From Thermodesulfobacteriota bacterium (GTDB lineage Bacteria; Desulfobacterota; Desulfobaccia; Desulfobaccales; 0-14-0-80-60-11), in contig JBMORF010000042.1 in NCBI GenBank assembly GCA_049322315.1, positions 40,915 to 104,914 on the forward strand: DNA of 64,000 nucleotides, read 5' to 3'. Of this stretch, positions 27,659 through 36,225 are shown piece by piece (positions within the stretch are counted from its first letter, which is position 1; every line of letters begins with the position of its first letter). The translations under genes were made by a program, and so were the position numbers. The notes beneath the pieces are model-generated. The model saw only the letters and a program-made list of their open reading frames with translations. It was not told the DNA's origin and did no database searches.

Positions 27659-28321
27659 ATGGGGGTTGATGTTCAGACAAGAAAACGATGTGCCTATTTA
27701 GTCTTAGATACTGGCCGAAAATCCATCGACCAAGGATGGTTAGAAGGGGATTCCACCAAGAGTATCTGCAGAGATTTAGTCAGAGTAATTACCAAAATAG
27801 AGAAGAAAGATAATGGGTTAGTTGCTGTTGGTATCGATTCTCCCAGGCATCCCCTGGGAAGTCCACGGAACCATTTTGGGGACAGAGGAAGGCAAACATG
27901 GAGGCAAAGAGTAAGCAGTGAGAAAGGGTATGGCAGACATTGTGAAGTAGTTCTAAAAGTATTAGACCTTGCAAATCCTCAATGGACTGCCATTAGAGAG
28001 AATTGCCCGGCCTGGATGCTTTTGGGATTTGCTCTTTTTTCTTGTTTGGAAAATAGACAAGGCTCGTTTGAAGTCTTTCCTGCGGCATCTTATTGCCTTC
28101 TTAATAGTCGTACTTCACCGGAAGTAAGCAGCAACTTTTCTGAATTTGCTTATGGACCCAAGGACATGATAGACGCTTGCGTCTCCGCCGTTACTGTTAT
28201 GGAATTTATTCAAGGTAGAGGCTGTGGAATAGGTGGTGGGGACGGGATAGGAAGCATTATTTTGCCGACGCCGCTACCTGTTGAAGGTGATCATCCGGTT
28301 CTGCGGTGGCCTCCTGAGTAA
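27659..28321 (+). CDS. DUF429-like (RNase H-fold) protein, low GC
   Basis: GVD, VGIDSP, FEVFPAA, DMIDACVSA pattern. Confidence 0.7.
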   Translation: MGVDVQTRKRCAYLVLDTGRKSIDQGWLEGDSTKSICRDLVRVITKIEKKDNGLVAVGIDSPRHPLGSPRNHFGDRGRQTWRQRVSSEKGYGRHCEVVLKVLDLANPQWTAIRENCPAWMLLGFALFSCLENRQGSFEVFPAASYCLLNSRTSPEVSSNFSEFAYGPKDMIDACVSAVTVMEFIQGRGCGIGGGDGIGSIILPTPLPVEGDHPVLRWPPE

Positions 28322-28330
28322 CGAGCTTTT

Positions 28331-28415
28331 AAGCCCCCCTTTTTTAAAGGGGGATTTAGGGGGATTTTCGGAGGCTTACAAAATCCCCCCTAACCCCCCT
28401 TTAGAAAAGGGGGGG
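28331..28415. repeat. Poly-C/poly-G double-hairpin element, copy 2
   Basis: Matches 17163-17245 and 55125-55211. Confidence 0.85.
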
Positions 28416-28420
28416 AAATA

Positions 28421-28459
28421 CGAGATTCTTCACTCCGCTTCGCTCCGTTCAGAATGACA
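28421..28459. repeat. Right end of the GTCATCCTGAG...CAGAATGAC MITE (partial copy)
   Basis: cgagattcttcactccgcttcgctccgttcagaatgaca, as at 49170-49208 and about 54498-54536. Confidence 0.8.
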
Positions 28460-28493
28460 GAAAAGGTACTCACCAGTGTTTTAACTTTGAACC

Positions 28494-28607
28494 TTGATGC
28501 CACTGTAAAAAGTCGAAAATATCCACAATCGCCATTTTAAGTGGTTGATTTTATCAAGAGCGATTAGCCAAAAATCGCCATTTTTTGACTTTTTACGAAT
28601 CCATCAA
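28494..28607. mobile_element. 114-bp MITE with TTGAT..GTAAAAAGTC / GACTTTTTAC..CATCAA ends, inserted in a TTTGAAC heptamer array
   Basis: Terminal inverted repeats; a second 114-bp copy in inverse orientation at 53185-53298. Confidence 0.8.
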
Positions 28608-28657
28608 CTTTGAACTTTGAACTTCGAACTTTGAACTTTCAATATAAGCGATAAAGC

Positions 28658-29953
28658 ATGCGCATCCTCTTCATCTCTCCCAACCAGTTGGACCTCATTG
28701 CCCCGCCCCTGCCCCTGGGGCTGGCGTCGGTGGTGGCCGCGGTGGCGCCGGAGCATGAAGTTAAGGTCCTGGATTTCATGTTTGCCGCCGACCCCCTGGA
28801 CGAGGTCCGCCGGCTGGTGGCGGCGTGGCAACCGGAACTCTTGGCCCTGTCCCTCAGAAACCTGGACAACCAGGACATGCGCAATCCCATTCTGTATTTC
28901 CCGGAATTTAAAGAGTTGGTAAATCTGCTTCGGAGCCTCAGCTCCGCGCCCATCATGGTGGGGGGCGCTGGCTTCAGCATCGTCCCCCAGGAGATGATGG
29001 CATACCTGGAGGCCGACTGGGGGCTGGTGGGGGAAGGGGAGGAAGCCTTGCCGGCTTTCCTCCGGGCCTGGGGCACCCCAGAGGTGGAGGAGACCCCGGG
29101 CCTGGTGTGGCGGCAAGGGGACGCCTGGCGGCTTAATCCGCCCCAGCGGGTGGAGAATCTGGCGGCGCTGGCGACGCCGGCCCTGGAGTATTTCACTCCC
29201 CGGCTCTATGAGGAGGCCCGGGGCAACGCCAAACTCCCGGGGATGATTCCGGTGCAGAGCCGGCGGGGCTGTCCCATGCGGTGCACCTACTGCGCCACCC
29301 CCCGGCTTGAAGGCCGCCATATCCGGGCCTGGCCCCCGGAGCAGGCGGCGGCCTGGCTTAAGGACTGGCACGAGAGATGGGGCTTGACCCGCTTTTATTT
29401 CGTGGATAATATCTTCAACCACCCGCTGGACTACGCCCGCCGGTTGTGCCAGGCCGTCGAGGACCTGCGCCTGCCTCTGGAGTGGGGCTGTCTCATCAAT
29501 CCCGCCTTCCCCGACCGGGAGCTTTTCCGGATGATCCGCCGGGCCGGGGGCAAGATGGTGCAGGTGGGAAACGAAAGCGGCTCCGATGTGATGCTGTCCA
29601 ACCTGGGGAAAGGTTATGACAAAGAAAAAGTGGAACTCACTCTGAAGCTGCTCCAGGAAGAGGGCCTGCCCTATTCCTGCTTTTTGATGATGGGGAGCCC
29701 CGGAGAAACCCCGGAGACGGTGAAAGAGAGCGTGGCCTTGCTGGAGCAATACCAGCCGGAGATGGTCAACCTGACGGTGGGAGTCCGCATCCATCCCGGG
29801 TTGCCCATCCACCGGCAAGCCCTGGAGGAAGGGGTGGTGACGTTTGAGGACAATCTCCTCTGGCCCCATTTCTACCTGGCCCCGGCCATCAAGGAGTGGA
29901 TCTGGGAATATCTGGCAGGGGTGACGGCCCGGCATCCCCATTGGATCTTTTAA
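28658..29953 (+). CDS. B12-binding domain radical SAM protein
   Basis: PLGLASV, LRNLDN, GEGE, RGCPMRCTYC (CxxxCxxC), FVDNIFN, GSPGET. Confidence 0.92.
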   Translation: MRILFISPNQLDLIAPPLPLGLASVVAAVAPEHEVKVLDFMFAADPLDEVRRLVAAWQPELLALSLRNLDNQDMRNPILYFPEFKELVNLLRSLSSAPIMVGGAGFSIVPQEMMAYLEADWGLVGEGEEALPAFLRAWGTPEVEETPGLVWRQGDAWRLNPPQRVENLAALATPALEYFTPRLYEEARGNAKLPGMIPVQSRRGCPMRCTYCATPRLEGRHIRAWPPEQAAAWLKDWHERWGLTRFYFVDNIFNHPLDYARRLCQAVEDLRLPLEWGCLINPAFPDRELFRMIRRAGGKMVQVGNESGSDVMLSNLGKGYDKEKVELTLKLLQEEGLPYSCFLMMGSPGETPETVKESVALLEQYQPEMVNLTVGVRIHPGLPIHRQALEEGVVTFEDNLLWPHFYLAPAIKEWIWEYLAGVTARHPHWIF

Positions 29954-29957
29954 GAAT

Positions 29958-30138
29958 CGTTTTCCGTTTTCCGTTTACCGTTTTCCGTAAAAAGAGACCC
30001 CGATCTGATCATAACTGGGAAAGCTGTCTTTAAAGGCGGTTAATTTCCCGATGATTTTATTTCCAACCGGTTGTATTGGATTTATTCAACCTCTTATTTC
30101 TAGGTTTTTGTCTTTCACGGAAAACGGAAAACGAAACG
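29958..30138. repeat. Inverted heptamer arrays (CGTTTTC vs GAAAACG) flanking an AT-rich spacer
   Basis: cgttttccgttttccgtttaccgttttccgt ... acggaaaacggaaaacgaaacg. Confidence 0.85.
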
Positions 30139-30164
30139 AGAAATAGCACTTAAAGGAAAATAAA

Positions 30165-30647
30165 ATGGCACCAAAAGACGACGACGACCGGCAGCGCCTT
30201 ACCTGGCGGGAGATCGACCAGCGGCGGGACCGCCAGCAGCCTGGGGCTCCTAAGAAACAGCGGCTGCCCAAGAAGCAGGCGGAGAAGGTGCGGTTGCAGG
30301 CTTTGCGGGAGGCCGAGGCCTTTTTTAAGGGGAAGCGGGGCCGGCCCGAGTATCAAAAGGCCCTCCAGGAATTGGAGGCGCATCACGGCACCAGAAAATT
30401 TGCGGAAACTGTAAAGAAATTTTTACAGGAATATGGCTTGCCGGAGGAGTGGGGGGCCTTAAACCGGCTGCTGGATTATCCGGAGGCGGAGGTGGTGGCG
30501 GGGGCCTTAGGAGCCATGGCCGGCCAGGCCGGCTCTCGCAGCCGGGTGGAACAGCAAGGCTTTAAAGGGAGGTTGCGGGTTTTGGCGCTAACCAGTCCTT
30601 TTTCCGAGGTACGGGTCCGGGCCGAGGAGATTTTGGCAGATTTCTAA
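30165..30647 (+). CDS. Hypothetical protein
   Basis: AAGGA RBS; TWREID.RRD N-terminus; helical character; GC-biased codon usage. Confidence 0.75.
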   Translation: MAPKDDDDRQRLTWREIDQRRDRQQPGAPKKQRLPKKQAEKVRLQALREAEAFFKGKRGRPEYQKALQELEAHHGTRKFAETVKKFLQEYGLPEEWGALNRLLDYPEAEVVAGALGAMAGQAGSRSRVEQQGFKGRLRVLALTSPFSEVRVRAEEILADF

Positions 30648-30858
30648 ACGGCAAAGGAAAAGGGGGATAATAATTAGGGGTCTACACTGATATTAAAAAA
30701 AATATGTTGACAATATATTTTATCTTTTATTATTATTTTAGCAATATATTTTGTAAACTATTGCCGGGGAGATGATGTGCCCATCTTCCTCGGCCTGACC
30801 TCCATTTTTATCTCAAGGTCCGCCTGATGCTTCGCAACTTCAAGGAGGAGCTGGGTTC

Positions 30859-31890
30859 ATGGTGGGAAACGATTGCCAGGTGGTCTCCGGGAAGGCAGCA
30901 CTGCTAAGTCCCGAGCGGATTCAGCCTGCCGACCGCATCATCACCCACTATCCTCCTTTGCAAAAAATCCTGGCCAACCTGCCCCTTTTTGCCCGTTCCG
31001 AGTTGCCGGTATTGTTGGTGGGGGAGCCGGGAACGGGTAAAGAATTGGTGGCCGAAGCCCTCTGGCAGCTGAGTCCCCGCCGCAGCCGGCCTTTTTTGCG
31101 GACCAATTGCGCTACCTACCTGGAACCCCTGGCCGGCAGCGAGCTTTTCGGCCATTTACAGGGTTCTTTCACTGACGCCCGCCGCACCCGCTCCGGTAAA
31201 TTCAAGATGGCCCATGGGGGCACCCTTTTCCTGGATGAAGTGGGGGACCTGCCTCTGTCCGTCCAACCCCGCCTGCTCCGGGCCGTGGAGCAAGGGGAGA
31301 TCGAGCCGGTGGGAGCCGATGCGCCGGTGCAGGTGGACGTGCGCCTGGTGGCCGCCAGCAATCAGGACCTCCCGGGTCTCATCTCCCAGGGCCGGTTTCG
31401 CCAGGATTTATACGACCGTCTGGCCGTGCTCCTCATCCAATTGCCGCCTTTGCGGGAACGGGGGGAGGACGTTTTGCTCCTGGCTGCCCATTTTGCCCGG
31501 GACGCGGCCCCACCCCAAGGGCGGCCCCAGCGGGCGAGTTTGACCCCGGCGGCGGCCCGGCGTCTGTTGCAACACCACTGGCCGGGAAACGTCCGGGAAC
31601 TTAAAAACGTCATCACCCGGGCGGTGCTTTTTGGCACCGGGGGGGTGATCCGGGAACATGACCTGTATTTTACCTTCCAGAGATCGGACCCGGGCCTGCC
31701 TCTGGTAAATCCCCGGGTCACCGAACTCCCGGCCCGGCCGGACCGGGCCCAACTGGAGGAACTCCTGTTGGCGGAAGGGGGCAATATTTCCGCCCTCTCC
31801 CGGCGGCTTAGGGTGTGCAGCAAGACCATCTACCGCTGGCTGAACTCGCACCATATCGACCTGATGCAGATCCGGGCCGCGGGGGGATGA
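30859..31890 (+). CDS. sigma54-type AAA+ transcriptional regulator lacking an N-terminal sensor domain
   Basis: GEPGTGKE, ELFGH, GSFTDA (GAFTGA variant), GTLFLDEVG, WPGNVREL, C-terminal HTH. Confidence 0.88.
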   Translation: MVGNDCQVVSGKAALLSPERIQPADRIITHYPPLQKILANLPLFARSELPVLLVGEPGTGKELVAEALWQLSPRRSRPFLRTNCATYLEPLAGSELFGHLQGSFTDARRTRSGKFKMAHGGTLFLDEVGDLPLSVQPRLLRAVEQGEIEPVGADAPVQVDVRLVAASNQDLPGLISQGRFRQDLYDRLAVLLIQLPPLRERGEDVLLLAAHFARDAAPPQGRPQRASLTPAAARRLLQHHWPGNVRELKNVITRAVLFGTGGVIREHDLYFTFQRSDPGLPLVNPRVTELPARPDRAQLEELLLAEGGNISALSRRLRVCSKTIYRWLNSHHIDLMQIRAAGG

Positions 31891-32012
31891 AAAAGATTTA
31901 CCACCAAGGCACAGAGAATAATAAGACAGGGTAGGCCCCAGGGCCACCGGCCCGTGGAGAAGGCACAACAGGAATGGCAATATCCATGATCGATCAAAAG
32001 GAGGAAGTCGGC

Positions 32013-33194
32013 ATGTCTTATCAATATCAGGTAGTGGCCCTCAACGGCTCTCCCCATGAGGGTTTTGGCAATACCTCGCAGCTAATCGCCATGCTGAAAG
32101 AGCATTTGGCGGGGGAGGGGTTTGGTCTGGAAGAAATCTTCTTGAACCAGCAGCAGATCGAATACTGCACCGGCTGCGGGGTCTGTATCGAGAAGGGCGC
32201 CTGCTGGATCCGGGACGACCACAAAGGAGTGGTGAAGAAACTGTTGGATGCGGACGCGGTGATTCTGGCTTCGCCGGTGTACTTCCGGCACGTGACTGCG
32301 CAGATGAAGACTTTTCTGGATAGGTCCCTGGGTTACGGGCACCGCCCCCGGGGGACCTGGAAACCGGGCTTGGCGGTGAGCGTCTCCGCGGGTTGGGGGG
32401 AAACCGAAGTGGCCCATTACCTAACCCACGTGTTGAGGGTCTACGGGGCCTTTGCCGTGGGGGAACTCACCGCCGTCGGCGTGGGCCCCGGGGGCTTTTG
32501 GGGGAAGGAGGCAGTGGCGGCCCGGGCCGCCGACCTGGCCCGGGATCTGGCCCGGGCGGTAAAAGCAGGGCGGCGCTATCCCCCCACGGACCGGGATTTG
32601 GATTACTGGCATTTTATGGGCGGTCTGATTAAAGAAAACCGGGAATTTATGAAGGCGGACTACGAGCACTGGCAGAAATTGGGGATTCTGGATAGTTTCG
32701 AGACCTTTATCGGCCAGAGCCGCTCTCCGGCCACCGGCAGCCAGGAGATGCGGGAGGCCTGGCTTAAGGGCTTGATGGCGCGCCAGAGAAGCGGCAGAGA
32801 GGAAGCCGCGCAGATAGAGGAAGTTCCCCAGGCCGCAGCCGCCAATCCCGGCAATCCTGGCAATCCAGGCCCGCCGCAAACGGTAAGGCAGATGATGGAG
32901 GCCATGCCCGGGGCCTTGAACCGGGAAGCAGCCGCGGGCATGTCCGTCACCTACCAGTTTGAGGTGGGTGGTGACGAGAATTTCACCGCCCACGTGCGGA
33001 TAGAAAACGGCGCGGCCACCTTCCAGGAAGGCCCCGCCCCGAAACCCGACGTGATCGTCAAGACCCCCGCGGACGTGTGGTTGGCCATTACCAGGCGCGA
33101 GATGAACGGAGCCACGGCGTATATGACCGGGAAATTTAAAGTGGAGGGAGACCTGGGGCTGCTGATGAAACTGCATAGCCTGTTCGGCGGGTAG
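32013..33194 (+). CDS. Iron-sulfur flavoprotein / FMN-reductase domain fused to an SCP2 lipid-binding domain
   Basis: NGSP, CTGCGVC..C, SPVYF, MKTFLDR; C-terminal YQF...PDV...AYMTGKFKVEGD; ATG 32013 after GGAGG. Confidence 0.85.
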   Translation: MSYQYQVVALNGSPHEGFGNTSQLIAMLKEHLAGEGFGLEEIFLNQQQIEYCTGCGVCIEKGACWIRDDHKGVVKKLLDADAVILASPVYFRHVTAQMKTFLDRSLGYGHRPRGTWKPGLAVSVSAGWGETEVAHYLTHVLRVYGAFAVGELTAVGVGPGGFWGKEAVAARAADLARDLARAVKAGRRYPPTDRDLDYWHFMGGLIKENREFMKADYEHWQKLGILDSFETFIGQSRSPATGSQEMREAWLKGLMARQRSGREEAAQIEEVPQAAAANPGNPGNPGPPQTVRQMMEAMPGALNREAAAGMSVTYQFEVGGDENFTAHVRIENGAATFQEGPAPKPDVIVKTPADVWLAITRREMNGATAYMTGKFKVEGDLGLLMKLHSLFGG

Positions 33195-33333
33195 AAAAGA
33201 TTTACCGCAGAGGCGCAGAGGGCGCGGAGTTACGCAGAGAAAAATAATTAAGGAGGGTGGGCCGTTGGCCCACCCTCCTTCTTTTATTCTCTGTGAATCT
33301 CTGTGTTCTCTGCGCCTCTGCGGTAAATCTTTT
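33195..33333. repeat. Perfect 26-bp inverted repeat with GCAGAG-type nonamer subrepeats, enclosing a bidirectional terminator (33250-33280)
   Basis: AAAAGATTTACCGCAGAGGCGCAGAG / CTCTGCGCCTCTGCGGTAAATCTTTT; inner aaggagggtgggcc-gtt-ggcccaccctcctt. Confidence 0.85.
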
Positions 33334-34748
33334 TAAAGCACCGTCTTCACCGCGGCCTTGGCCAGTTCGACGATGCGGTCGGGGAAGACGCCGAAGCCCA
33401 GGACGATAACGATCAGCGCGTAATTCAGGATACGGGTAGGGGTGGAGATGGTAATGGGCCCCAGGCTGGGGTCATCGGTGAAATAGGAGCAATAGATGAC
33501 CCGGAGATAGTAGTACAGGGAGATGGTGCCGTTCACCGCGCCGATCAACACCAGCCAGAAATAACCCTGGCTCATGGCGGAGGTGAAGAGCAGGAGCTTG
33601 CCGGTGAAGCCGATGGAGGGCGGCACGCCCGCCAGGGCAAAGAGGCCGACGATGAGGCTTAAGCTCAACAAGGGGCTGCGGCGCCACAATCCGGCCAGTT
33701 CCTGAATCTTTAAATCCCGGCCGTCTTTGGCCACTTCGGAGATGACCATGAAGACGGTGAAATTCATCACCAGGTAGGCCAGGGCATAATAGATGGCGGC
33801 AATGTAGCCGGCTTCCTTGAGGGTGAGAATACCGACGAGGAAGTAACCGGCGTGGGCGATGGAGGAGTAGGCCAGCAGGCGTTTGAAATCCCGCTGGATG
33901 ATGGCTACCAAATTACCCAGGGTCATGGAGATGATGGAGAGGATGACCAGGGCCTTGGTAAAGCTGTAACCATAGCCGGCCCCCAGAACCGCCAGGCGCA
34001 GCAGCAGGGCCACGGCCGCGGCCTTGGAGGCGGTGGCGATGAAAGTGGTCACCTGGTTGGCGGCGCCCTGGTAAACGTCAGGAGCCCAGAAGTGGAAAGG
34101 GAAGACGGAGAGCTTGAAGAAGAAGCCCGCCAGGGCCAGGAGCAGACCTAAAAGGCCGATGGGGCTGGCGGCCAGTTGGGGCAGCTTCGGTAGAATATCG
34201 GCGAGATAGGTGCTGCCCGTGGCCCCGAAGAGATAGCTCAAGCCGAAGAGCATCACCCCGGAAGAGACCGCGCCGATGAGGAGATACTTGATGCCCGCTT
34301 CCACGTCGATGCCGTCGCCCCGCCGCAAGGGGACCAGGATATAGAGAGAATAAGATGAAAGCTCCAGGGCCACGTAGATGGTGAGGAGTTCCACGGAACT
34401 GACCAGGAGCATCATACCGATGGTGGTGGTGGTGAGAAAGAGATAAAACTCGGCCTGGTCACGTTCGGCGATCTGGGGGATATTGTGACAGATGGTCAAC
34501 ACCAGAAAGAAGGCCAGGGCCAGGGCGAATTTAAAGATCTGGCTGAAGAGATCCACCCGGTAGGCCTTGAAGAAGAGCTCCCCCTGCTGGCAGAGACATA
34601 GGGCGGTGACCACCAGCCCCCCGGCAGCCAGGGCCAGGGCGATCTGGTAATCGGCCTTAGGCTCCGGCTGGCGTTTCAAGGTGAGGAGGAAGAAGACCAG
34701 GGCCGTGCCCAAGTAGTAGAGTTCCGGTCCGAAGAGCATCACGTTCAT
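33333..34748 (-). CDS. nuoN: NADH-quinone oxidoreductase subunit N
   Basis: ALELSS, EAGIKY, FKL..FPFHFWAPDVYQGA, KRLLAYSSIAHAGY. Confidence 0.95.
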   Translation of the reverse strand: MNVMLFGPELYYLGTALVFFLLTLKRQPEPKADYQIALALAAGGLVVTALCLCQQGELFFKAYRVDLFSQIFKFALALAFFLVLTICHNIPQIAERDQAEFYLFLTTTTIGMMLLVSSVELLTIYVALELSSYSLYILVPLRRGDGIDVEAGIKYLLIGAVSSGVMLFGLSYLFGATGSTYLADILPKLPQLAASPIGLLGLLLALAGFFFKLSVFPFHFWAPDVYQGAANQVTTFIATASKAAAVALLLRLAVLGAGYGYSFTKALVILSIISMTLGNLVAIIQRDFKRLLAYSSIAHAGYFLVGILTLKEAGYIAAIYYALAYLVMNFTVFMVISEVAKDGRDLKIQELAGLWRRSPLLSLSLIVGLFALAGVPPSIGFTGKLLLFTSAMSQGYFWLVLIGAVNGTISLYYYLRVIYCSYFTDDPSLGPITISTPTRILNYALIVIVLGFGVFPDRIVELAKAAVKTVL

Positions 34749-34751
34749 CTT

Positions 34752-36224
34752 TTACATTCCCTGGAGGAAGGGGATTACCGCGGTTTTAATCAGGCCCACC
34801 ATGGTCTGGGGGAAGATTCCGAAAAAGAGCAGGGTGGCGATGAGCATCATCCGGGGTAGACCCAAGAAGGGACTGACGTCCTCAAAGTGTTCGAACTTGG
34901 GGTTCGGGGCATTAAAGAAGGTGGTTTGCACGACCCGCAGGGCGAAGAGGGCGCCCACCACCAGGGCGGCGATGGCTAAGAGACCCTGCACCGGGTAAAC
35001 CTTGACGGTGGCAATGAAGACCAGAAGCTCCGCCCAGAAACTGGCCATGCCCGGCACTCCCGCGCCGCACAGCGCCGCGGTGATGAAGAAGGCCGAAGCC
35101 ACGGGCATGATCTTGGAGAAGCCGCCCAATTCGTGGATATCCCGGGTATGGGTGCGGTCATAAATATAGCCCACCGAGGAGAAGAAGAGGGCGGTCATAA
35201 TGCCGTGGGCGAACATCTGGAAGACGGAGCCGTTGAGGCCGTCCACCGTGCCGGTGGCCAGCCCCAGGCAGACGATGCCCATGTGGGACACGGATGAGTA
35301 ACCGATAACGTACTTCAAGTCGGTCTGGGCCAGGCCCACGAAGACCCCGTAAACAATCCCCACAGTGGCCAGCAGCGCCATGAGCTGGGCCCAATAATGG
35401 AAGCCCTCCGGGCAGAGGTACATGGCCACCCGGAGAACCGCAAAGGAACCCAGCTTCATGAGCACGCCCGCGTGAAGCATACTTACGGCGGTGGGGGCAG
35501 CCACGTGGCCCACGGGAGACCATGTGTGGAACGGCCAAACCGCCGCCAAGACCCCGAAACCCAGGAACAGGAGGAGGAAGGCCACCTTCTGGACCCAGGG
35601 TGAGAATTTGACCGCGTGGAGGGCCACCATGTTAAAGGTGTTGAGACCGGAAGCGGCGAAAAGCATGAGGATGCCGGGGATGATGAAGCCGCTGCCCGCC
35701 ATCAGATAGAGGGTGAGCTTCATGGCCGCGTATTCTTTGCGGGTGGAGCCCCAGACCAGAATGAGGATGTACATGGGGACCACGGCGATCTCATAGAAGA
35801 GGAAGAACATGAACATGTCATAGGACATGAAGACGCCGAAGACCCCGGTGACCAGGGCCAGCATCCAGATGAAGTATTCCTTGGTCCGTTCCTCCAGCTC
35901 CCACATGGTGAGCACGCCGGTAAAGATGACGATGCCGGTGAGCAGCAGCAACGGCGCGTTCAGGCCTTCCACGCCCACGAAGTAGGTGATCCCGAAGGTC
36001 TTCACCATCTCGTGCTTTTCGACGAACTGCAGGCCCCCCAGGCTCTTGTCATAGGCCACAAAGACATAAATGGCCAGGGCCAGGGAGATACCTGCGGACA
36101 CCAGGGAGACGGCCCGGATGAGGAACTTCTGGTGATCCTGGAGCAGCAGGAGGATGACCAGACCCACCGGCGGCGCCAGCAGCATGCAGGTCAATACCGG
36201 AAAAGTGGCAGCATGTTCGGTCAT
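34752..36224 (-). CDS. nuoM: NADH-quinone oxidoreductase subunit M
   Basis: FYE...PMY, WPFHTW, AGVLMKLG, YSSVSHMG, FAHG. Confidence 0.94.
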   Translation of the reverse strand: MTEHAATFPVLTCMLLAPPVGLVILLLLQDHQKFLIRAVSLVSAGISLALAIYVFVAYDKSLGGLQFVEKHEMVKTFGITYFVGVEGLNAPLLLLTGIVIFTGVLTMWELEERTKEYFIWMLALVTGVFGVFMSYDMFMFFLFYEIAVVPMYILILVWGSTRKEYAAMKLTLYLMAGSGFIIPGILMLFAASGLNTFNMVALHAVKFSPWVQKVAFLLLFLGFGVLAAVWPFHTWSPVGHVAAPTAVSMLHAGVLMKLGSFAVLRVAMYLCPEGFHYWAQLMALLATVGIVYGVFVGLAQTDLKYVIGYSSVSHMGIVCLGLATGTVDGLNGSVFQMFAHGIMTALFFSSVGYIYDRTHTRDIHELGGFSKIMPVASAFFITAALCGAGVPGMASFWAELLVFIATVKVYPVQGLLAIAALVVGALFALRVVQTTFFNAPNPKFEHFEDVSPFLGLPRMMLIATLLFFGIFPQTMVGLIKTAVIPFLQGM

Positions 36225-36225
36225 A

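Noticed and set aside
30760-30840. Fluoride or other riboswitch upstream of the sigma54 activator
   Set aside because: Only a single hairpin (gccgggga..gatg / catcttcctcggc); conserved riboswitch nucleotides and the pseudoknot are not evident
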